A stretch of 34,464 bases of DNA, taken from positions 1 through 34,464 of the forward strand of contig JBNKNM010000042.1 of the NCBI GenBank assembly GCA_050293845.1, in the 5' to 3' direction. The translations under genes and the position numbers were made by a program. The first letter of the stretch is position 1. Every line of letters starts with the position of its first letter. Shown piece by piece: positions 9,824 through 18,644 of this stretch. The notes beneath the pieces were generated by a model that saw only the letters and a list, made by a program, of their open reading frames with translations, ran no database searches and had not been told where the DNA came from. This stretch comes from Pseudobacteriovorax sp. Lineage in GTDB: Bacteria; Bdellovibrionota_B; Oligoflexia; Oligoflexales; Oligoflexaceae.

Positions 9824-9885
9824 GTCTTGAGAAGAAGGGATCATTTGCTGCCTTCTTCAAACCTAGATTTTTGGGAGGAAAGAAA

Positions 9886-10731
9886 ATGGATAATTTTCTA
9901 AATACATCAGTGGTCGAAATTCTAAGGATCCACGGCGAAGATCTACAGTTCACTCTCTATTTTTCATTTTTGGCGATATTTCTTACCTTGGAGTTTCTTA
10001 TCCCGAAAATAGAAAATAATCTCGAAAACAAAGGACTTCGCCTCTTAACAAATTATGTGATGACAATAGTCAACATCATTGCCATGGGCTTAGTTCCATT
10101 TTCTATGTTCGCAGTTTCAGCATGGGCTAAAAATAAGGGAATTGGATTACTTAATAACTTGGACAGATTTAGCACTAGCGAAATACTATTGATCACCCTA
10201 CTTGCTAGAAGCTTTATTTCATGGTTAACACACATACTTCATCACAAAATTCCTTTGCTATGGCATATCCACAGAGTTCATCATACAGATAAACACCTCG
10301 ATGTTTCATCAACGGTGCGCTTTCACCCCCTTGAATTCTTTCCTTCCGCATTAATTGCTGCCCCTTTTGTAGCTGGTTTTGGATTGCCCCTTTGGGCGTT
10401 GTTGGCCTACGAATTATTAGATCTGGTTGTCAATCTCTTTTCCCACTCGAATTTTCGTTTGCCCGAGTCAATGGACAGAGTTTTGCAGCTTTTGATTGTA
10501 ACACCTAATTTTCATCGGATTCATCATTCCGTAAATCAGGATCAAACTGATAGTAACTATGGAGCTGTTTTTACATTTTGGGACTATCTTCTAAGAACCG
10601 CCCATCGAGAAACCTATCGCAATACAAGTGAAATAAGAGTTGGACTTGATGACATTCCTGATAGATATTCCCAAAGTTTTTTTGCTCTAATGAGGCTTCC
10701 TTTTATATCGAAACGAAATATCGAAAAATAG
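9886..10731 (+). CDS. Sterol desaturase / fatty acid hydroxylase superfamily protein
   Basis: His boxes HILHH, HRVHH, HRIHH plus RFHPLE, FSHSN, SNYG; GGGAGG RBS before ATG 9886. Confidence 0.93.
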   Translation: MDNFLNTSVVEILRIHGEDLQFTLYFSFLAIFLTLEFLIPKIENNLENKGLRLLTNYVMTIVNIIAMGLVPFSMFAVSAWAKNKGIGLLNNLDRFSTSEILLITLLARSFISWLTHILHHKIPLLWHIHRVHHTDKHLDVSSTVRFHPLEFFPSALIAAPFVAGFGLPLWALLAYELLDLVVNLFSHSNFRLPESMDRVLQLLIVTPNFHRIHHSVNQDQTDSNYGAVFTFWDYLLRTAHRETYRNTSEIRVGLDDIPDRYSQSFFALMRLPFISKRNIEK

Positions 10732-10770
10732 AACATTTTCAATCAACTTTCAAAATATTAAGGGGAACAA

Positions 10771-11235
10771 ATGAGTTTCAATGAACCCAATGTAGAAGGA
10801 TTCCAAATTATCATCAAAGAAGTGAGAGCATTGTTTCATAATTTTTCGCGAATGAGTGAGACTATCGCTGGTGATTGCCCGACTACTGTCGGGCAACGAG
10901 CGGTCATGGGCGACATACTGGAGAATGGTGAGCAGACTATACCATTTCTCGCTCAGAAACGACCTGTTTCTAGGCAGCATATATTAAATTTGGTTAAACC
11001 CTTAAAGCAAATGGGATTTTTAACAGAGGTTAGAAACCCGATACACAAAAAAAGTTCACTTTTAGCCCTAACGCCCGAAGGAAAGGAACACATTATAGAA
11101 ATTAGAAAGCATGAATTAGCGATGATCAAGAAATTAGCAGCTAAGCTTAAAAGCAGTGAAGTCGAAGTCGCAGCTAAATGCCTAAAAAAATTGTCAGATA
11201 TTATGAAAGAGGAAATTTCAAAAACCAATAGTTAA
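10771..11235 (+). CDS. MarR-family transcriptional regulator
   Basis: wHTH with VSRQHI, NPIHKKS wing and LTPEG. Confidence 0.92.
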   Translation: MSFNEPNVEGFQIIIKEVRALFHNFSRMSETIAGDCPTTVGQRAVMGDILENGEQTIPFLAQKRPVSRQHILNLVKPLKQMGFLTEVRNPIHKKSSLLALTPEGKEHIIEIRKHELAMIKKLAAKLKSSEVEVAAKCLKKLSDIMKEEISKTNS

Positions 11236-11247
11236 AAGGAATAAATT

Positions 11248-11856
11248 ATGAGCATGTTTTCTAGTATATATGCACAGTTTAGAAAACCGACGGGAGTCTT
11301 AGGGGGATTGGCAGGATGGATCATGTCACATCGCTCTTCAAATCAGTTAAGAAATCATTGGACGGTGGATCAGCTCTATCTATCTAAAACAGACCAAGTG
11401 CTTGAAATCGGCTTCGGTCCCGGACTAGGCCTCCAAATTTGCGGTGAAACAATTACAGATGGAAAAATTACAGGGATTGATCATTCCGATACGATGTATT
11501 CTATGGCATGTGAGCGTAATAGACCTCTCATTGAAAGTGGAACTCTAGAGTGCCGTATATGCGATATTGAGAGTCAACCACTTAAAAACCAAAAATTCGA
11601 CAAAATTTTTTCAATAAATGTGGCTCAATTTTGGCAAGATAGATGGACATGTTTAAAATACCTATACGAGCACCTAGAGGATGGAGGTACATTAGCGACA
11701 ACATACCAACCGCGCCATCGCGGAGCTACAAATGTTGATAGTATCACCTTTGGTAAAGAATTATCTCAGCAGTTGGATGACATTGGATTTAAAAAAATCA
11801 TAACGAAGCAACTAGAACTGAACCCGATAGTTGTTTGCGTTATAGCTATAAAATAA
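11248..11856 (+). CDS. Class I SAM-dependent methyltransferase
   Basis: VLEIGFGPG motif I, GIDHS, FDKIFSIN. Confidence 0.92.
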   Translation: MSMFSSIYAQFRKPTGVLGGLAGWIMSHRSSNQLRNHWTVDQLYLSKTDQVLEIGFGPGLGLQICGETITDGKITGIDHSDTMYSMACERNRPLIESGTLECRICDIESQPLKNQKFDKIFSINVAQFWQDRWTCLKYLYEHLEDGGTLATTYQPRHRGATNVDSITFGKELSQQLDDIGFKKIITKQLELNPIVVCVIAIK

Positions 11857-11868
11857 CGTGGAATCCAA

Positions 11869-12792
11869 ATGAAACTATTTCCATTTTTTATGTTGATGAT
11901 TTTAAAAACTACATTATCAATAGCTGAATCGAAACAGACGGTATGGGTCGATACGGACATCGCATGCGGGATTTCTCCCAGCTCTGATGTCGATGACTGT
12001 CTTGCACTAACATATCTCTTGCTTCGAGATGATGTCCGTGTTGTAGGAATTAGTAGCATCTTCGGTAACGCTGATGAGTCGCGTGTAATAGAAAAGTTGA
12101 CAGAATTTTTAAAAGTCTTCAAATCTTCTTATCCAGATCGTTCCGTCCCTCCAGTATACCAAGGTGCAAAGGAACGAAAAACTCGATATGGAATTCCAGT
12201 TTCTTCACCAGCCTCCGCTGCCATGATTGACTATTTTTCTCAAAATCCTGGAATGGTTTTACTACTAGGCCCTGCGACAAATCTTGCCTCTGCTCTATCA
12301 GGTTTAGGCGAATCAAAACATAACATCTCAAAAGTTCTATACATTGGTGGCAAAGAAACTGAGGGAAGACGTTTTTTCCCAGATCAAGATTCAAAATTAA
12401 TAAGCTTCAGAGACTTTAATCTTGCTAAAGACCCCTATTCATTCGAGGACATTTTTCAATCTGATGTCTCCCTTCATCTTAGCGGGTATAAAGCAGCCAG
12501 CCAGCACTTGTTTCATCCTAAAAAGCTATCTCAATTTAACTTAAAAAATCCCTTGAAGTCTTATATGGAAATAAATATACAGCAGTGGCAACAATATTGG
12601 GTAAATAATTTTAAAATAGATGGATTCTACCCCTTTGACTATATTGCTGTAAAATCTGTTTTCGAACCATCGAAACATAATTGTCGAGTGGTTTTAGGTC
12701 AACTTAAAAAATTCACATTTTTGTTTTGGTCCGTAATTAAAAGAATAGCGATTAACTCTGGTAATCGTCGAGTCGTTTTCTGTAACAATTAA
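11869..12792 (+). CDS. Nucleoside hydrolase (IU-NH family) with signal peptide
   Basis: DTD...DVDD Asp cluster, FGN, LGPATN, DFNLAKDP, YPFD; hydrophobic N-terminal signal. Confidence 0.85.
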   Translation: MKLFPFFMLMILKTTLSIAESKQTVWVDTDIACGISPSSDVDDCLALTYLLLRDDVRVVGISSIFGNADESRVIEKLTEFLKVFKSSYPDRSVPPVYQGAKERKTRYGIPVSSPASAAMIDYFSQNPGMVLLLGPATNLASALSGLGESKHNISKVLYIGGKETEGRRFFPDQDSKLISFRDFNLAKDPYSFEDIFQSDVSLHLSGYKAASQHLFHPKKLSQFNLKNPLKSYMEINIQQWQQYWVNNFKIDGFYPFDYIAVKSVFEPSKHNCRVVLGQLKKFTFLFWSVIKRIAINSGNRRVVFCNN

Positions 12793-12910
12793 AAATCAGT
12801 GAAATCCTTTCCAAGACCTGGTAAAAACTTCCACACCTTAAACAGAATTTGCTCAGCAATCGCCTAATGAGCACTAGAACTTGAAAAAAAAGTTAAATTC
12901 TTTCCTATAG

Positions 12911-13888
12911 TTATGAGCAAACGACTATCGATAACTTGCCATTTACCCGGCGCTCTTCAAGGGTTTTTAGGGAATCCGCAGCATTTCTAAGGGTAAATTT
13001 CTGACCTATATAAGGATCAAGTTTACCTTGCTCATACAAGCGATTGAGTTCTTCAAGGTCCTGACCATTAGGGGTCGCCAGAAAATTGCAGAATTTTTTG
13101 CCACCCTTTCTAGAATAGAACGATCCAAGCAAGCCAATTCGCAGGAGGGCCTTCATGCTACCCCCAACCAAGACATAAGTGCCCTTAGGACTTAAACAGT
13201 CTATATAGTGGTGAAATGGCTTATAGGCAGCACAATCAACGATTAAATCATACAGCTCACCGGTTTTACTGAAATCTACTTTCGTATAGTCAATCACATG
13301 ATCTGCGTGGATACTGTGGGCCATATCGACTTTTTTAGTATGACAGACCGCTGTAACCTCGGCACCATATGCTTTGGCAAGGATCACTGCAAACATGCCC
13401 ACTCCCCCAGAAGCCCCATTAACCAGAACTTTCATTCCAGGTATAACACGGCCATGATCACGAATTCCTTGAAGGGCAGTCACTGCAGCAACTGGTAACA
13501 CCCCAGCTTGCACAAAACTCATGCTTTCGGGTTTTATTGCCAGAGCTTTTTCTTTAGCGCATACAAATTCAGCCCATGCGCCAAACCCGTTAACAGTTAC
13601 ATCGCCGTAAACTTTATCACCTGGTTTAAATTTAGTTATATCCCTTCCGACCTTGACAATGACTCCCGCCACGTCCCCACCGGGGATATTGCGTTTTGGT
13701 TTCAACAAGCCGCCCATGATAAACCTGACTGGAAAGGGGTGACCTGTTACAATATGCCAATCCCCTTTGTTGACTGAAGAAGCGTGGACTTTTATCAAGA
13801 CTTCATCCGCTTTAGGGATCGGTGTTACCACATTCTGATATCTTAGAATACTGTAATCCTGGTATTTTGGAAAAACGACTGCCTTCAT
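12911..13888 (-). CDS. NAD(P)-dependent MDR oxidoreductase (Zn-independent, quinone reductase-like)
   Basis: VHASSVN, PGGDVAG, VLVNGASGGVG, ADHVIDYT; no Zn-binding Cys cluster; start could be 13888, 13897 or 13912. Confidence 0.92.
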   Translation of the reverse strand: MKAVVFPKYQDYSILRYQNVVTPIPKADEVLIKVHASSVNKGDWHIVTGHPFPVRFIMGGLLKPKRNIPGGDVAGVIVKVGRDITKFKPGDKVYGDVTVNGFGAWAEFVCAKEKALAIKPESMSFVQAGVLPVAAVTALQGIRDHGRVIPGMKVLVNGASGGVGMFAVILAKAYGAEVTAVCHTKKVDMAHSIHADHVIDYTKVDFSKTGELYDLIVDCAAYKPFHHYIDCLSPKGTYVLVGGSMKALLRIGLLGSFYSRKGGKKFCNFLATPNGQDLEELNRLYEQGKLDPYIGQKFTLRNAADSLKTLEERRVNGKLSIVVCS

Positions 13889-14156
13889 ATTTTCCATCCT
13901 AGATTGTTTCAAGTAGCATCGAGCTTGTCAGGGCTATTTGGGTTTGCGCTGTTTCAGCATCATCGTCTTATACGAATAACATAGAGTTCGTGAACGCTAA
14001 GTAGTCTGTGTTACAAATAGATTTTACTCTATCTTCATGAACTTTTAAATCTAAGAAAAGAGAAACTCAGGGAAGTTCCCTGGAGGGCCGATGCTTTAAA
14101 ACCCAAAATCCCTAAAGATGTCGTACACAAAGTCAGCTATTTAAAAACATCTTAGG

Positions 14157-14653
14157 CTATAGAATAGATTTTCTTTTGGCAGGAATCGGCCCCATGGCAT
14201 CGATAGCTAATTGACAAAAAGATGATTGCAGCTTGTGTTTTTCAGTTTCTTTCCAGACACGAGGAATAAAAAGGACGTCGTGTCCATGTACAGGAACCTT
14301 TTAAAATTTGGGGATCGAGCACAATGCCAAGGCATATATCCGTAAAAAGCGTGTGGCACCATATTCGTAGATGGCATCCAGAGTCCTTGCTAGGACATTG
14401 CAATTAAGGTGTTCCGCTCTAATGTCGGAATCAAAAAGCTCTTTATGCTCGATGAAAGATACAGCCTGCGACTAGCTAAGCCAAACCCTTGTAGCACCAT
14501 GGCTAGGAGGCTTGAACAATAGGAAATCCTTTGATTTTGGCTGCATTTGGGCAACAGGTGGTCGATTTTTTCGATGATTTGATATTACTTGAAGAGAGCA
14601 ACAAAACTCCCAAGATGACTGAGTAAACTCATCTATGAAGTCAAAATTTTCAT
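14157..14653 (-). mobile_element. Degraded IS1634-family transposase relic (N-terminal DUF4277 region, internally deleted)
   Basis: Manual translation across stops and frameshifts: HLGSFVALFK*YQIIEKIDHLLPK...LLAMVLQGFGLASRRLYL / IRAEHLNCNVLARTLDAIYEYG / LYMDTTSF, matching the IS1634 pattern HLG..AMILNGLGF.SR.LYL..LND..LGR.LD..HLDTTSF. Confidence 0.85.
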
Positions 14654-14756
14654 CGGCGACCTCACTAGAACTGGGAAATTTTCCGAGTTTTAGTCATTAT
14701 CTCTGATTTGGTTATTTCCTAAAAGATTTTTTTAAATTGTACCGCTGAATATCAGC

Positions 14757-14835
14757 TAGTAGCAAGCAGATCGACTAAGTGTACTTCTGTTGGTATTTTT
14801 ATTAAATAATTCTCTGAGCTTTCAAGAATGGCTCC
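14757..14835 (-). repeat. 79-bp direct repeat, copy A (orphan cheC fragment)
   Basis: 70/79 nt identical to 17928-18006; encodes GAILESSENYLIKIPTEVHLVDLLAT versus CheC GAIPESSGNYLLKITTEVHLTDLLAT. Confidence 0.95.
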
Positions 14836-16375
14836 AGAGTTCTTCGGGTTCGGGATTTTGTGGCTCAATCTCTGGAAAGGGCTCGTCTATTACGGAAAGG
14901 TCGACTTCTAATTCGTCTGTAGAAGTTTGAGCCTCTGTGGCAGTAAGCCAATCCGCAGAATTTTCCATCGATTCCGATGCAATGCTGTCTCCTAAGGGAG
15001 TAGAAGACAGTGTTTGGTCACTTTCTGCAAGCAGCAGCTCTTCCATGTGATCGTTCATAGCTTTCTGAGAACCTTGAGAATCGCTTGCTCGCGATGTGGA
15101 CACATTATCAGATACATTTAGCTCTTGATCCGTTGCCCAGTTAGCGGGACCCTGTGAACCTTGAGCATTAATCCATCCATCAGTGTTATTGCTTTGGGAT
15201 TGGCCCATAGTTTCACCCAAAGGTCCATCTAGGGTTTGTGAATCAGTATCTGAATTGCTTGCCGATGGATCTTGGCCTCTTGAGTTAACAATTTCGGATA
15301 CATTTAGCTCTTGATCCGTCGCCCAGTTAGCGGGACCCTGTGAACCTTGAGCATTAATCCATCCATCAGTGTTATTGCTTTGGGATTGGCCTATAGTTGC
15401 ACCTAAAGGCCCATCTGTTATTTCTGAACTTGTGTTTGAGTTGCCGCTTGCTTGATTATTGTTATCAGTTGCTCCAAGTCCATTGTAATCTGAAGATGTA
15501 TTTCCTGAGTCTGTTGGGCCTGTTGAACCGTTACTTCCACTGTTCGTAGAGATCGTAGAAGTCGTTTGTGAAGTATGGCTAGAATCATTTGTATTTGATG
15601 AGTCAACTGAAGGAGGAAGAACCTGTTCACTGACTATGCCGCTCTCAGGATTAGTTTGATAGCTGTTTGAGCTATCGGTTTCAATTATCGCCTCATCAAT
15701 GGGTTGAGCTTTACCTATGGAGGTTTCTCCTGCCGATTCGGGATTACCTTCTACTATTATTGGTTGGGGGTATGAATCAATAGGTTCCATGGATTCTGGA
15801 GAAATCACCTCTGTTAAGGGAGGTTCGGGCTCAGTGTATGGCATATCAGAAGGGTGTTCACTTTGGGTTGGTAATCTGGTATCTAGGCGAGGACTTTCAG
15901 TATTTCCCACTTCAGAAAATGACTTGTTCCCTATGTTTTCATATGCTTGAGAAGGCTCCTCAGCAGCCAAGGTAGCCTTAGCGTGTCGCTGATTTATAGA
16001 GCTGTCATACACGGAAGGATCAATTGTGGCATTGCGACTTGATATGCTCTCACTTGAAGCCTTTGGAGTAGATTTTAATGTTAAAACTTTAGGGTCTTGA
16101 CCCTCCATTCCGTTCGGAACAGCATACTTTTTCGGTGGAGGAGCGTTTACTAACTGAGCTTCTTCCTTAGCTAGACCTTGAGCACTCACAGAAGCTTGAG
16201 TATCACTTTTTACTTCCGAAACATAAACTTTGCCATGCTCCTTGGCGTTGAGGTCCACATTCCCAAAATCTTGAACTAGAGGATCTTCTTCAGATACTAC
16301 AGGAACAGCAGTTTCGCCGTGGCTGACTTTGAATTCCCTTTTGATTTCATCAAGGATTTCACTCTTACTGCGCAT
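14822..16375 (-). CDS. Acidic, Ser/Asn/Thr-rich, Cys-free repeat protein; candidate T1SS cargo
   Basis: AAGGAGG RBS before ATG 16375; no signal peptide, no Cys, low complexity, internal repeats; near the T1SS operon. Cargo role is inference. Confidence 0.8.
   Translation of the reverse strand: MRSKSEILDEIKREFKVSHGETAVPVVSEEDPLVQDFGNVDLNAKEHGKVYVSEVKSDTQASVSAQGLAKEEAQLVNAPPPKKYAVPNGMEGQDPKVLTLKSTPKASSESISSRNATIDPSVYDSSINQRHAKATLAAEEPSQAYENIGNKSFSEVGNTESPRLDTRLPTQSEHPSDMPYTEPEPPLTEVISPESMEPIDSYPQPIIVEGNPESAGETSIGKAQPIDEAIIETDSSNSYQTNPESGIVSEQVLPPSVDSSNTNDSSHTSQTTSTISTNSGSNGSTGPTDSGNTSSDYNGLGATDNNNQASGNSNTSSEITDGPLGATIGQSQSNNTDGWINAQGSQGPANWATDQELNVSEIVNSRGQDPSASNSDTDSQTLDGPLGETMGQSQSNNTDGWINAQGSQGPANWATDQELNVSDNVSTSRASDSQGSQKAMNDHMEELLLAESDQTLSSTPLGDSIASESMENSADWLTATEAQTSTDELEVDLSVIDEPFPEIEPQNPEPEELWSHS
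15111..15416 (-). repeat. Intragenic direct repeat, 2 x 120 bp with 186-bp period
   Basis: 15111-15230 and 15297-15416 differ at 5 positions; both encode DGPLGxTxGQSQSNNTDGWINAQGSQGPANWATDQELNVS. Confidence 0.95.
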
Positions 16376-16745
16376 CTTCCCTCCTTGCAAGCCTCATGTT
16401 GGACTCTCTATATTAACATCTGCAAAATTGAACCTGAACTTTAATACTGGAGGACCCTGTGATGGCCATGGGGTATACGATTATGTAGTGAAGTAACTAT
16501 AATTACATTATTATATGTAAAAAAAACAAATAAATCTTACCAAATTATAAACTTTTACTGAAATATCCTGACCTTAAAGTAAGATAACTAGCTATTTTCT
16601 TGTTAAGTAAGTTAAGTAATAGTTATTGACTTCCGAACTAATACTAAATTAGTAGGAGAGTGTGAAACTCTAAGAAGAGTAGAATTATAATAGAAAAAGA
16701 CAGCAATACTTTGTTTTCCCAGAGATCTATTTGTATAGGGCTATT

Positions 16746-17480
16746 ATGGACGATAAATTATTTAGCGATGAAATGTTTAAAAAAATGGATGAACAAATCG
16801 AGGGTCTAAGAGAAGACTTTAAGGACTTAGTAAGAGAATCATTAGATTCAAGCACAAAAGTCATTTTGGGTCGTGTGTATGATCGTTTTATGAAAGTAAA
16901 TGATATTACTTCAAAGATTCATACAGAATTAGAAACAGAAAACTTAATACAAAAATCAGAGTCAAAGAATACGGTAAAGAAAATTTACCAGATTCCAAAG
17001 TTTAAATCAGAAAATTTAAATTCTGAGAACGTAGCCCAAGATTCGTCAATGGTGCCAGGTAAGCTAAATAAAGATCAAGAAAATCATGGTCAATATGGTG
17101 TATTACTTGTTATCGACGATGATGAAAATACGCAAAATCTTCTCCAACTAATGTTTCGCAAAGCGGGTATTAATGTAATTTCACGGATCGATCCTACGAA
17201 GGCTTTGAAAGATCTAGGAAAAATAATGCCAGATTATATATTGCTAGATCTTATGATGCCTCAAATGAATGGTTTTGAGGTATTGACCATGATTCGTAAT
17301 GATGAGCGCTTTGATGACATTCAAATTATTGTTGGTTCCTCTAGAAGCTATGATAAGGATAGGTTAGCAGCTTTAGAAATGGGGGCCAATGAATTTATAG
17401 CAAAACCATACAACGTCAAACAACTGGTTAAGAAAGTAAAATTCTTGCATGATCTTAGTAAGAACAAGATAGCTAGCTAG
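16746..17480 (+). CDS. Response regulator: N-terminal helical/coiled-coil region plus C-terminal receiver domain
   Basis: LLVIDDD, LLDLMMP, FIAKP; no HTH output; ATG 16746 preferred over TTG 16731; overlaps the cheC stop by 8 nt. Confidence 0.9.
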   Translation: MDDKLFSDEMFKKMDEQIEGLREDFKDLVRESLDSSTKVILGRVYDRFMKVNDITSKIHTELETENLIQKSESKNTVKKIYQIPKFKSENLNSENVAQDSSMVPGKLNKDQENHGQYGVLLVIDDDENTQNLLQLMFRKAGINVISRIDPTKALKDLGKIMPDYILLDLMMPQMNGFEVLTMIRNDERFDDIQIIVGSSRSYDKDRLAALEMGANEFIAKPYNVKQLVKKVKFLHDLSKNKIAS

Positions 17481-18093
17481 AAATGCCTTTTGATTCCTCA
17501 AAAGAACAAATGAGCTGATTCCAAGAAAAGTTACTGAATTTAATAATGATTACGAAATCTATACTATCTTCTATAATTTTAAATGAAGCCTTGCAAATTA
17601 GAGTTCTGCTATCAACATCGATATCACATGTCCGCAAAATATTGTTTTGTGGTATTCGATCATAAGAGGGTGGAGAAAAATGCAAGCCTTGATTGATTGA
17701 ATTAGAAAGTGTTCCAATGATATTGTTGCATGAAATATTACCAACTTCGGTTAATGTCGAGGTTCTAGTTTCTTGATCCAGTTCATCAATAGGTGTATGG
17801 TTTAAGCTTTCAATGATTTTTTTGCTATCTTCTTCATTTAAGAACAAAAATGTACTTCCTTCAAGTAGTCCATCGAAATTGACTGCTACACAACTAACAA
17901 CAGGATCTTTAGTTTTAATTAAGGTCTTAGTAGCAAGCAGATCGGTTAAGTGTACTTCTGTTGTTATTTTAAGTAAGTAATTTCCTGAGCTTTCAGGAAT
18001 GGCTCCTGCTAATTGGCAAAGGGCTAATGCCGTATGCTCAATACCTTCGGTAATACAACTTTTTATACGCATAGTAATAATATTTGATGTCAT
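17473..18093 (-). CDS. cheC: CheC/CheX-family phosphatase-like protein
   Basis: FDGLLEG, LTEVGNI..NNIIGTLSN (ExxN), FSPP; directly downstream of a CheY-like gene; first ExxN site degenerate. Confidence 0.85.
   Translation of the reverse strand: MTSNIITMRIKSCITEGIEHTALALCQLAGAIPESSGNYLLKITTEVHLTDLLATKTLIKTKDPVVSCVAVNFDGLLEGSTFLFLNEEDSKKIIESLNHTPIDELDQETRTSTLTEVGNISCNNIIGTLSNSINQGLHFSPPSYDRIPQNNILRTCDIDVDSRTLICKASFKIIEDSIDFVIIIKFSNFSWNQLICSFEESKGISS
17928..18006 (-). repeat. 79-bp direct repeat, copy B (inside intact cheC)
   Basis: Matches 14757-14835 at 70/79 nt. Confidence 0.95.
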
Positions 18094-18095
18094 AT

Positions 18096-18464
18096 CTACG
18101 TATTTTCGGAATTAAGTGCTTTTGCCAATATCTCAGCAAGGACATTTTTTTTAACTGGTTTAGAAATAAAAGCAAAAGCTCCATTCTTTTGCATTTTGAC
18201 TTTTGTTCCCTTTTGAATATCTGCGCTCATCACAATAATTTTTAAGCCTTGAGCCTTCGTGTTGATTTCTTGAATAAGGGCTGTTCCATCAAGTTCTGGC
18301 ATATGTAAGTCTGTTATAACACAGCTAGGAAATTCCTGGGATATTATTTCCATGCCTTCCTTACCATTTGCTGCCTCTACAACCTCATGGCCTAATTCTT
18401 TCACCTGACGAACTATAGCGTTTCGTTGAAACTTGGAATCATCGATCACTAAGATCTTGGCCAT
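18096..18464 (-). CDS. Single-domain CheY-like response regulator
   Basis: ILVIDDS, ITDLHMP, MSA, FISKP; GAGG RBS. Confidence 0.93.
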   Translation of the reverse strand: MAKILVIDDSKFQRNAIVRQVKELGHEVVEAANGKEGMEIISQEFPSCVITDLHMPELDGTALIQEINTKAQGLKIIVMSADIQKGTKVKMQKNGAFAFISKPVKKNVLAEILAKALNSENT

Positions 18465-18503
18465 GGGAAATTACCTCGTTTTGAAAAGCATAACACTTAA
18501 TGC

Positions 18504-18530
18504 AACTCGGCAAGCTAGATAATTACTTTA
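18504..18530 (-). promoter_or_regulatory. sigma28/FliA-like promoter of the cheY-cheC operon
   Basis: Minus strand TAAA-N15-GCCGAGTT, 40 nt upstream of the ATG. Confidence 0.7.
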
Positions 18531-18644
18531 CTGCAAATCGGCTAATTATTACAACATGATCACTAAATATTTTACTAAAAGAGGCGAATCTATACCCATA
18601 ATTTTCCCTAAAAGCATAATGCTAATGGGTGGAGAGTAAAAGAG

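Noticed and set aside
15111..15416. 120-bp repeats as a CRISPR array
   Set aside because: Only two long in-frame coding repeats with a period divisible by 3, and no cas genes
14822..16375. RTX toxin/adhesin call for the repeat protein
   Set aside because: No GGxGxD nonapeptides or recognisable Ig/cadherin domains
14757..18006. 79-bp repeat pair as the TR/VR of a diversity-generating retroelement
   Set aside because: At most 3 of the 9 mismatches are at adenines for either copy on either strand, and there is no reverse transcriptase in the window
17473..18464. Flagellar chemotaxis operon
   Set aside because: No cheA, cheW, MCP or flagellar genes in the window
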